Source: Candidatus Poribacteria bacterium (GTDB lineage: Bacteria > Poribacteria > WGA-4E > WGA-3G). Taken from it: a stretch of DNA of 64,000 bases. Shown here piece after piece: positions 11,493 through 19,863 of the stretch. Numbering within the stretch: the stretch's first letter is position 1; each line of letters opens with the position of its first letter. The stretch lies in NCBI GenBank assembly GCA_965205015.1, contig OZ242029.1:2528001-2592000 (forward strand). Reading direction: 5' to 3'. The notes under the pieces are model-generated. The model had not been told where the DNA came from. It worked only from the letters and a program-made list of their open reading frames with translations, and did no database searches. A program made the translations under genes and the position numbers.

Positions 11493-11521
11493 TTGACAAT
11501 TCAGGCGGTTTCAGATACCCT
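11493..11521 (+). promoter_or_regulatory. Sigma70-like promoter, probably leaderless for trmJ
   Basis: TTGACA-17 nt-TACCCT, 6 nt before ATG 11528; no SD sequence. Confidence 0.45.
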
Positions 11522-11527
11522 ATTGGT

Positions 11528-12349
11528 ATGTCAACAAACACCCCCAAAAAAGCGATTCAACCGACTGGAAGTTTCCGCGCGATTCCTGTTGCGGTGCCCG
11601 AGAATCTCACGAACGTCCGAATTATCCTCTTTGAACCGCGTGAACCGGGCAACATCGGCTCTGTCGCCAGAGTTGTCAAAGGGATGGGACTCTCTCAACT
11701 CTATCTGGTGAACCCAATTCCGTTCCGCGACGTAGACGCGGCGTGGTATATGGCGCACGGTGCGAAGGATATCCTTGAAAATTGCCACGTCGTTCCCGAA
11801 CTCAAAGACGCACTTGAGGGTGTCCAGTATCTGGTTGGGACGACGCACCGTCGTCGTGATGTGCGTCTGCCGCCACCTGTCCCCGCAAGGGAAGCCGCAG
11901 AAACGATCGCCACAATTTCGCAGGATAAACCCGTCGCGCTGCTGTTCGGACGTGAAGACTTCGGCTTGTCTACCGATCAGATGAGTCTTTGCCAGTTGAC
12001 TGCGAGTGTGCCGATGGCGACAAAGAACCCCTCCTTGAATTTGGCGCAGGCAGTCCAGATATTTGCCTATGAGGTCTTCATTGCAAGTCTGAATGAGTAT
12101 CCTCCCTCCGAAATTGACTATGCCGAAGTGAACGCCTTGGAAGAGTTCTATGGACGTGTGACCCGCTTGCTGGATAAGGTCGGTATGTCGCCGTATAACC
12201 ACGAATGGGAAACGTATCTGAAGTCGCTGCGAAGGGTTTTTTCCCGTGCACCGTTAGAAGCACGAGACATCGCTACGTTGGACATGATTTTCTCTACAAC
12301 GTTTCGATACATTGAGCGATTGGAGAAGGAATTAGAGGATTCTACTTGA
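11528..12349 (+). CDS. trmJ: SPOUT RNA methyltransferase TrmJ/LasT family
   Basis: EPREPGNIGSVAR, LLFGREDFGL, SLNLAQAV. Confidence 0.85.
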   Translation: MSTNTPKKAIQPTGSFRAIPVAVPENLTNVRIILFEPREPGNIGSVARVVKGMGLSQLYLVNPIPFRDVDAAWYMAHGAKDILENCHVVPELKDALEGVQYLVGTTHRRRDVRLPPPVPAREAAETIATISQDKPVALLFGREDFGLSTDQMSLCQLTASVPMATKNPSLNLAQAVQIFAYEVFIASLNEYPPSEIDYAEVNALEEFYGRVTRLLDKVGMSPYNHEWETYLKSLRRVFSRAPLEARDIATLDMIFSTTFRYIERLEKELEDST

Positions 12350-12433
12350 AATTGTGGCGTGAACTAACGTATCATATATGTTAAGACTTTAGAAGAGACC
12401 TGCAAAGTGAAATATCTATAAAATACACGAAAA

Positions 12434-15400
12434 ATGCGATACATCAAGCCCATCGTTTGGTTCATTTTTATCTTCTCCGGTGCCAGTGGACTTATCTATC
12501 AAGTCATCTGGATGCGGCAACTCACGCTCATTTTCGGGAGCACTGTTTTCGCAACGAGTACCGTCCTGACGGCGTTCATGGCAGGCCTCGCACTCGGTAG
12601 TTACTACTTCGGTAGGAAGATCGACGAAAGCACACTTACGGGCGAGGCGACCTCGCCCCTACGGATGTATGCGCTTCTGGAAGCCGGTATCGGTGCGTTC
12701 TGTCTTGTGTGGCCCCTCATTTTAACGGCACTTGGCGCGATCTATGTGCTGATCCATCGCAACGTCACATCGGAATTCTATACCCTCTCTCTGATTCGGT
12801 TTCTGTTGACCTTCGGGGTCATCTTGATTCCCTCTACGTTGATGGGCGGCACACTCCCGGTGCTGACCCGATTCTTTGTGAAAAGATTGGAGCAACTCGG
12901 CACGAACATCGGAATCCTGTATGCGTTGAACACGTTCGGTGCCGTTGTTGGAACTGTGGCGGCGGGTTTTTTCCTGATTGAGGCGTTGGGCATCCGATGG
13001 ACACTCGGGATCGGGATCGCTATCAATTTCGCTGTCGCAGCGGTTGCATTAGCATTAGCACAGAAGGTATCGGGAACAGAAGCGGACGAACCGCCTGAAG
13101 AAACACAACACGCGGAATCTGAAGATGTGCCCTATCTACCTGAAAGGCAATTAGTGTTATGGGCGATAGGTATCTCCGGGTTCTGTGCTTTGGCGTATGA
13201 AGTGTTATGGACCCGTATCATGGTCTTCTTCCTTGGGAGCACGACGTATGCGTTTGCGACGATGCTTGCGGCGTTCCTGTTCGGCATTGCACTGGGGAGC
13301 ATGGTGTTTTCGCGCTGGGTTGACCGGATTAAACAACCGATCGCGGTTTTCGGCATCGTTCAGCTCGGTATCGGGCTCTTCGCGCTTATCTTGATGCCGG
13401 CGTTTGAGGAGTTGTACGGGATGAGCCAAGCGTTCCAATCGACGTTCGGTGTGAGCAGATTTTGGGCGTTTTTCTCCTGTTTTCTTGTGATGTGTCTGCC
13501 GACGTTTCTGATGGGCGCGAGTTTTCCACTCGTAACGAAAATTTACACAGGTAACGCACGCCAATTGGGGAGGAGTATCGGAAACGTCTATGCAGTCAAC
13601 ACGGTTGGAAGTATTTTGGGCGCGTTTTGTGCGGGGTTTATCCTGATTCCATTGCTGGGTATCCGACCGAGTATCGTGCTGACGGTGGTTTTGAACACGG
13701 GCATTGGATGTTTTCTTGTTTTAAAAGATAGGGCGCGGGAAACCGAAACAGGAAGATCGCTCCTACAAGGCGTAGGCGTAGGGATACCGGTTCTCAGTGC
13801 TGGGTTGGCTGTGATTCTCTTGCTTACGGTGAATCAACCGCTCTTTCTGAAGAGTACTATTTTCAAAACGCAACGTCCCGGCGATACACTCATTGATTAC
13901 AACGAAGAGGTGGATGCCACCGTAACGACGTTAAAAGATGATGAAGGGGTCTACCGTCTCTATGTGGATACAAATCAAGCAGCAGATGCCTCGCGCTGGG
14001 ATTCACCGTCGCATCGCGTCATTGCGCACCTACCGTTACTGTTGCACCCACGTCCGAAACAGGCACTCGTCGTCGGGTTCGGTATGGGGCTTACCTCACA
14101 TTCAATCACACAGCACGGTGTCCGCGTCGATGCGATAGAATTGTCCAGTGGTGTGATTTCCGCGGCGCAAAAGCATTTCACGCACATCAATGGAAATGTG
14201 TTTGAGAATCCATTGTTCAATTATAGACTCAATGACGGACGAAATCATATCCTGATGACGAAGACGAAGTACGACATGATCTCAACGGGTATTATCCATC
14301 CGCTTGTGAGTGCGGGGAGTTCCAATATCTATACAGCGGACTTTTACCGACTCTGTCGTCGGATTCTGAGTGAAGATGGGATTATGTGCCAGTGGGTGCC
14401 GTTGCATCGCTTACCGGAGGCACACTATAAGATGATTGTGCGTACCTTCATTGAGGTGTTCCCACAGACGACGCTGTGGTACAAATACACACCCGATTTT
14501 GTGATTCTCATTGGCACGCCTGAGCCGCTCCGAATTGACTACAAAAACTTCATGGCACGTGCACGGATCGCGAGTATCCGCGAAGGGCTTGCTGCCGATG
14601 ACCTTGACGGTCCGTCGCTCCTCGATTCATTCATGATGGGACCCGAAACTGTGCGTAAATACGCTGGCGTTGGACCGATTCACACAGACAACCGTCCTCG
14701 ATTAGAATTCTTTCGGGGGATAGACTTGGTGGGGACGACACTGCAAAACGTTAAAGGGATGTCAGAATATCGGGAGCGGGTGCTACCTTATCTCGAAAAC
14801 TACGGCGCAACACTTGCAGAGAAACGGGGTGTCCGAGAGAAGCTCGACACTTACTTCAGAGCCACACAGCGGTTAATCCGTGGACAGATTGCTTACGCCA
14901 GTGGGCAGTATCAGAGTGCCGCATCGCTCATGAATGATGCTGTAGAAATCAACCCTGTTGACGAGACAATTCGTTACAACTTCGGTGTAGTTGCAGGCTT
15001 AATCCGTGAAGGTGAACAGGAAGAACTCCGACAGATTGAAAAGCAGGTACAGCAAACAATGGCGCAAAATCCTGATGACCTTCAGGGACACCTCCACTTG
15101 GCGACCTTATATGAGATGCAGGGTGAACTTGGAAAGGCAACGCGGGAACTGGAAGCGCTGCTCAGACGCGATCCAAAAAGATTTGAGGTCTACCTACTCT
15201 TGGGTCCCTTATATGAACGCCAAGAGCGATACCAGGATGCGCTTCGGACTTATGAACGACTTGAACGGCAGGCAACAACTTCGCAGCTGCCTGCGCCTAT
15301 TTTTGCGGCAATGGCGGGGCTCCATCTGCAATTAGAAAATCTAAAGGAAGCTGAAAGATATGGAAAGAAGGGCATCGCGACAGATGCCAATTCGTGGCGT

Positions 15401-15577
15401 TCACATTACATTCTTGGAAACGTTTACGCCGCTATGAATCAACCGCGGAAACAGATAGCGTCCTACGACACTGCCTTGAAAGTACTTGATGGAATCATCC
15501 GTGTTACCACAGATCCGAGTGAGTTATTGCGTGCCAGAGAACAGATCCAAAATGAACTTGAACGGCTTAGAAAATAA
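12434..15577 (+). CDS. Fused membrane (MFS-like)/spermidine synthase protein with C-terminal TPRs
   Basis: SGASGLIYQVIW, LYALNTFGAV TM repeats; VVGFGMG and DGRNH SAM-fold motifs; TPR-like helices. Confidence 0.85.
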   Translation: MRYIKPIVWFIFIFSGASGLIYQVIWMRQLTLIFGSTVFATSTVLTAFMAGLALGSYYFGRKIDESTLTGEATSPLRMYALLEAGIGAFCLVWPLILTALGAIYVLIHRNVTSEFYTLSLIRFLLTFGVILIPSTLMGGTLPVLTRFFVKRLEQLGTNIGILYALNTFGAVVGTVAAGFFLIEALGIRWTLGIGIAINFAVAAVALALAQKVSGTEADEPPEETQHAESEDVPYLPERQLVLWAIGISGFCALAYEVLWTRIMVFFLGSTTYAFATMLAAFLFGIALGSMVFSRWVDRIKQPIAVFGIVQLGIGLFALILMPAFEELYGMSQAFQSTFGVSRFWAFFSCFLVMCLPTFLMGASFPLVTKIYTGNARQLGRSIGNVYAVNTVGSILGAFCAGFILIPLLGIRPSIVLTVVLNTGIGCFLVLKDRARETETGRSLLQGVGVGIPVLSAGLAVILLLTVNQPLFLKSTIFKTQRPGDTLIDYNEEVDATVTTLKDDEGVYRLYVDTNQAADASRWDSPSHRVIAHLPLLLHPRPKQALVVGFGMGLTSHSITQHGVRVDAIELSSGVISAAQKHFTHINGNVFENPLFNYRLNDGRNHILMTKTKYDMISTGIIHPLVSAGSSNIYTADFYRLCRRILSEDGIMCQWVPLHRLPEAHYKMIVRTFIEVFPQTTLWYKYTPDFVILIGTPEPLRIDYKNFMARARIASIREGLAADDLDGPSLLDSFMMGPETVRKYAGVGPIHTDNRPRLEFFRGIDLVGTTLQNVKGMSEYRERVLPYLENYGATLAEKRGVREKLDTYFRATQRLIRGQIAYASGQYQSAASLMNDAVEINPVDETIRYNFGVVAGLIREGEQEELRQIEKQVQQTMAQNPDDLQGHLHLATLYEMQGELGKATRELEALLRRDPKRFEVYLLLGPLYERQERYQDALRTYERLERQATTSQLPAPIFAAMAGLHLQLENLKEAERYGKKGIATDANSWRSHYILGNVYAAMNQPRKQIASYDTALKVLDGIIRVTTDPSELLRAREQIQNELERLRK
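12639..12662 (-). repeat. GTAG-type REP hairpin, in-frame within CDS
   Basis: GTAG-GGGCGAGG-TCG-CCTCGCCC on the minus strand. Confidence 0.7.
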
Positions 15578-15729
15578 TATTTGTTTCTGATATGAATTTC
15601 AGAAGCGATCTGGTGTTTAATAATAGAATATAAAGGTCAAGGACTCGACCGCTTGACCGAACCGCAAGGAATTTTTTAAATGTTCGCGAGGCGAGAAATG
15701 GGGTGTTTTGTTTATTGAGGATTTCCTCT

Positions 15730-15920
15730 TATATCCGCCTGCGTGTTTTTGCTTGGGTATTTCTGTGTATTGTTGCAGGCTGCTGTCTTGGATAGAACGA
15801 AAAGCCGTAGCCTGTAACGGAGTGGAGGGCGGATATACGGAAAAGCGCGTTATTCTTCAAAACCCACCTGACCGAGCCGCAAGGAACAATTAAAAAACCG
15901 AACCGCAAGGAAAATTTAAA
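15730..15920 (+). repeat. Long hairpin repeat (copy B of GTAGC...CCGCAAGG family) with duplicated tail abutting aspS ATG
   Basis: TATATCCGCC/GGCGGATATA and TTGCAGGCTGC/GTAGCCTGTAA arms; CCGCAAGGA tails at ~15877 and ~15903, another at ~15662. Confidence 0.7.
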
Positions 15921-17960
15921 ATGTCTCAAGAAACTCAAGAAGCTACATCACCTTGTTTAAAACGGACCCATTATTGTGGGGACCTGCGCTTAGCCGATGC
16001 AGGCGTCACTGTGCAACTCAACGGCTGGGTCAACCGCCGTCGAGACCATGGGGGCGTCATCTTCGTTGATTTACGCGATAGAACAGGCATCACACAAGTT
16101 GTCTTTGATCCACAGATTGATGAAAAAGCACACGTCCTCGCAGATAGTATTAGAAGCGAATATGTGCTGAACGTCAGCGGCATCGTCCGCGAACGGGATC
16201 CAGGCGAATTGCTGTTCCATGCGGACGCTGCGTACCAGACGGAACTCGCCGATGGCACCCTCTCCGCAGCGTTCCGATCTCTGTTTTCGGATGTCGATAC
16301 GAAGTACACCCTCTCTGAAGAGATTGAGGTAGCGACCCGCGTCGCCGGCACGCGGTGGCTGCTCACCGATGTCGAAAACAATCGGACGTATCACATCGTC
16401 AGTGAAGATGCGGGGGCGGAAAACGGTCTCAGCATTTATCAAGGCACGGTCAACCCGGAACTCGATACGGGTGAAATTGAAGTCGCTGTGGATTCTCTGA
16501 ATATTCTGAATACTGCCAAAACGCCGCCGTTCCCAGTTGAAGACGACGTTGACGTAGCGGAAGACATTCGGATGCGCTACCGATTCGTCGATCTACGCCG
16601 TCCTGAGATGCAGAAGACTTTGGCGATGCGGCATAAGGCAGCACTTGCAGCACGCAACTATATGAACGAGCAGGGTTTCCTTGAGATTGAGACTCCCATT
16701 TTGATGAACAGCACGCCAGAGGGGGCGCGCGATGTACTCGTTCCGAGTCGTCATTACCCCGGCAGGTTCTATGCGCTTCCACAATCCCCGCAGCAGTTCA
16801 AACAGATTTTGATGATGAGCGGTGTTGATCGGTATTTCCAGATAGCACGGTGCTTCCGCGATGAGGATACCCGTGCTGACAGACAGTTGGAATTCACCCA
16901 GCTTGATATTGAAATGTCATTCGCCGACGTGGACGATGTACTTGAGGTGACCGAGGGGTTGATGAAACGCATATTTGAGGATGCGGGGGGTATTCCCGTC
17001 CAAACGCCTTTCCTACGGCTCCCATATTACGAGTCGATGGCACGGTTCGGGAACGACAAACCCGACACGCGGTTCGGTATGGAGCTGACCGATCTCTCGG
17101 ATGTCATGGCGGACTGTGAGTTTCAGGTATTTACACGCACCTTGTCGGCAGGTGGGCAGGTTAAAGCCATTGCCGCGCCAGGGGGTGCAGACTTTTCACG
17201 CAAAGATATCGATGACCTGACGCAATTTGTCGCCATCTATCGCGCGAAAGGATTGGCATGGGTTAAGGTCACAGCAGACGGATTTTCCTCGGGTATCGTT
17301 AAGTTCTTCACAACAGAGCAACTTGAAACGGCACAGGAGAGAACGGGCGCGAAACCGGGCGATATCATGTTCTTTGTCGCCGACACACCGAAGGTCGTCG
17401 CCGATGCCCTCGGCAACCTCCGCCTCCACCTCGGACGCAAACTCAACCTCATTGACGAAACTCGGTACAACTTCCTGTGGATCGTTGATTATCCGCTGTT
17501 TGAGTGGAACGAGGATGAGAATCGGTATGAATCGGTACATCATCTATTCAGCGCGCCGAAAGAAGAATTTCTACCGCTCTTAGAGACGGATCCGAGTAAA
17601 GTCCAAGGTCAACACTACGATCTGGTGTGCAACGGCTATGAGATCTGTAGCGGAAGCGTGAGAATTCACCAGTGGGATGTTCAACAGAAGGTGTTTAAGA
17701 TTATAGGCATTACACCCGAGGATGTCAAAAATCGCTTTGGCTATTTCATAGACGCCTTGGCGTATGGCACGCCGCCGCATGCAGGTATTGCCCCGGGTTT
17801 AGACCGGATTGTTATGTTGATGCGGAATGAGGAGAACATCCGAGAGGTCATCGCGTTCCCGAAATCGCAACAGGGACTGTGCCCGCTCACACACGCTCCC
17901 TCTGTTGTAACGGATGCCCAACTGGAAGAGTTATCAATTCGCGTTGATGCAGAACTCTAA
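15921..17960 (+). CDS. aspS: Aspartate--tRNA ligase with 80-aa insertion
   Basis: RTHYCG, RRDHGGVIFVDLRD, ALPQSPQ, RCFRDED, GTPPHAGIAPGLDR. Confidence 0.97.
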   Translation: MSQETQEATSPCLKRTHYCGDLRLADAGVTVQLNGWVNRRRDHGGVIFVDLRDRTGITQVVFDPQIDEKAHVLADSIRSEYVLNVSGIVRERDPGELLFHADAAYQTELADGTLSAAFRSLFSDVDTKYTLSEEIEVATRVAGTRWLLTDVENNRTYHIVSEDAGAENGLSIYQGTVNPELDTGEIEVAVDSLNILNTAKTPPFPVEDDVDVAEDIRMRYRFVDLRRPEMQKTLAMRHKAALAARNYMNEQGFLEIETPILMNSTPEGARDVLVPSRHYPGRFYALPQSPQQFKQILMMSGVDRYFQIARCFRDEDTRADRQLEFTQLDIEMSFADVDDVLEVTEGLMKRIFEDAGGIPVQTPFLRLPYYESMARFGNDKPDTRFGMELTDLSDVMADCEFQVFTRTLSAGGQVKAIAAPGGADFSRKDIDDLTQFVAIYRAKGLAWVKVTADGFSSGIVKFFTTEQLETAQERTGAKPGDIMFFVADTPKVVADALGNLRLHLGRKLNLIDETRYNFLWIVDYPLFEWNEDENRYESVHHLFSAPKEEFLPLLETDPSKVQGQHYDLVCNGYEICSGSVRIHQWDVQQKVFKIIGITPEDVKNRFGYFIDALAYGTPPHAGIAPGLDRIVMLMRNEENIREVIAFPKSQQGLCPLTHAPSVVTDAQLEELSIRVDAEL

Positions 17961-17977
17961 GCACAGTCGCGCTTTCG

Positions 17978-18211
17978 CTGGCGAGGTTTCATGAAGATTA
18001 ATTTTTTAATTCGGTAATATGCGGGCAGGCACGAGACCTGGGGAAACACCCAAGCAAAAACCCCCTACAATGTCTTTTTTGCGATAGGATTTTCGGTAAT
18101 ATGCGGGCAGGCACGAGACCTGGGGAAACACCCAAGCAAAAACCCCCTACAATGTCTTTTTTGGGATAGGATTACCGAAATATTTATTTAAACTTCATCT
18201 AACCTCGCCAG
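17978..18211. mobile_element. MITE (ATGAAG...CTTCAT ends, 17991-18198) inserted in a REP hairpin; internal 82-bp tandem duplication
   Basis: 28-bp imperfect TIR (22/28); flanks CTGGCGAGGTTTC|CTAACCTCGCC rejoin to the intact REP at 48398 and 58305. Confidence 0.75.
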
Positions 18212-18254
18212 TGGTGCCTGAAATTAACGTTCAAAAAAAAGAGGGAATCAAACT

Positions 18255-19838
18255 ATGAACGAAAATGGAAATAAGCCAAAGGTCAGCCTCGGTCTGCTGT
18301 ACGGGATTGTCATTGCGATTATCGCTGGAGCGATTATCGGTGGGTTCGCGCCAGACTTTGCAGTCCATACAACAATACTCGGTGAAATATTCCTAAACCT
18401 CCTGAAAATGATAGTCGTGCCGCTCGTTGTTCTATCCATGGTAGTCGGGATAACGAATTTAGGCGATATTCGCAACATCGGTTCCATCGGTGGACGGACT
18501 GTTCTGTACTACATGGCGACAACCGCTATTTCCGTTCTCATCGGCATCATTCTCGTCAACATCATCTTGCCCGGGAAGGGACTCTCACAAGGCGAAGAAC
18601 GCTCGGATCTGAGTTACACACTCTCGGGTCCTGAGATGCTCACTGCTGAGTTGAGTGGGGAATTCAATCGGACCTATAACAATAAATACGTCATTACCCT
18701 CATCGACCAAGACATCCGGGGTGAAGTCGAATCAATTTCGGGAGCAACCGTCACAGTAAAATCGTGGCAACCCTTCAAGGACGCCCGTTATGTCACCACT
18801 GACGATGGGGAACGTTTGTTGTTCTCTGAGGGTCGGCTCGTCAGGATAGAACCCAACGCTACCGGTAAAGGCATTGACATCAGCTTACCGATCGCTACAA
18901 GAATGTCCGACAAAACGGAGCGGACGATGGGCAACACCATCAAAGAGGTATTCCTCGGCAACGAAAAGACCGGCAAAGAGGGGATGATCCCTTCGAACGT
19001 TTTCAAAGCGATGGTGCACACTGACATTCTCCCCTTAATCTTTTTCTCACTCCTCATTGGTGCCGCCTTGTCCATGCTTGGGGATATCGGAAAACCCGTT
19101 ATCTCCGTGATTGCGGGATTAAACGAAGCAGTGATGAAGCTCGTCCATTGGATTATGTATGTTGCACCCGTCGGCATCTTCGGCTTAATCGCCGGTAGGA
19201 TTGGTGAGGCAAAGGGATTCGCAGGTTTCTGGCCCGAACTCATTGCAGTCGGCAAGTACAGTGCCACAGTATTGTTAGGGCTCGGCTTACACGCTGTTGT
19301 CGTTTTACCGCTACTGCTGCTGTTCCTCGGACGCAGAAATCCAATTGACTACTTCAAGGGCATGGCAACTGCCTTATTGAACGCCTTTTCAACGGCGAGT
19401 TCAAGTGCGACCCTGCCCCTAACGATGGAAGGGGTTGAGAATCAGAACGGGGTCTCCAGACGGACCTCCAGTTTCGTCCTTCCCTTAGGCGCTACCATTA
19501 ACATGGACGGCACCGCACTCTATGAGGCGGTCGCTGTCATGTTCATCGCGCAGGTCTATGCGATCAACATGGATCCCGCGCAACAAATTGTTGTGGTGCT
19601 CACCGCGACCTTGGCAGCAATCGGCGCAGCAGGGATTCCGGAGGCAGGCCTCGTCACAATGGTTATTGTACTCAGAGCCGTGGACCTCCCCGTTGAAGGT
19701 ATCACACTGATTCTCTCTATCGATTGGCTCCTTGATCGCTTCCGTACCACAATTAACGTCTGGGGTGACAGCATCGGGGCAGGCGTAATTGAGAGATATG
19801 AATCCGGAGATTCAACTGACGCGCCAGCAACGGCGTAA
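18255..19838 (+). CDS. Dicarboxylate/amino acid:cation symporter (DAACS/GltP family)
   Basis: FSTASSSATLP, PLGATINMDGTALYE, LDRFRTTINVWGD. Confidence 0.93.
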   Translation: MNENGNKPKVSLGLLYGIVIAIIAGAIIGGFAPDFAVHTTILGEIFLNLLKMIVVPLVVLSMVVGITNLGDIRNIGSIGGRTVLYYMATTAISVLIGIILVNIILPGKGLSQGEERSDLSYTLSGPEMLTAELSGEFNRTYNNKYVITLIDQDIRGEVESISGATVTVKSWQPFKDARYVTTDDGERLLFSEGRLVRIEPNATGKGIDISLPIATRMSDKTERTMGNTIKEVFLGNEKTGKEGMIPSNVFKAMVHTDILPLIFFSLLIGAALSMLGDIGKPVISVIAGLNEAVMKLVHWIMYVAPVGIFGLIAGRIGEAKGFAGFWPELIAVGKYSATVLLGLGLHAVVVLPLLLLFLGRRNPIDYFKGMATALLNAFSTASSSATLPLTMEGVENQNGVSRRTSSFVLPLGATINMDGTALYEAVAVMFIAQVYAINMDPAQQIVVVLTATLAAIGAAGIPEAGLVTMVIVLRAVDLPVEGITLILSIDWLLDRFRTTINVWGDSIGAGVIERYESGDSTDAPATA

Positions 19839-19863
19839 ATGCCGCATCGTTAAGAAGTATCAA

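Noticed and set aside
16206-16445. AspRS insert as an intein or intron
   Set aside because: No N-terminal Cys/Ser or C-terminal His-Asn, too short, and the frame is open with ordinary coding character.
18010-18173. 82-bp direct repeats as a CRISPR array
   Set aside because: Only two adjacent units, no spacers and no cas genes; this is a tandem duplication inside a MITE.
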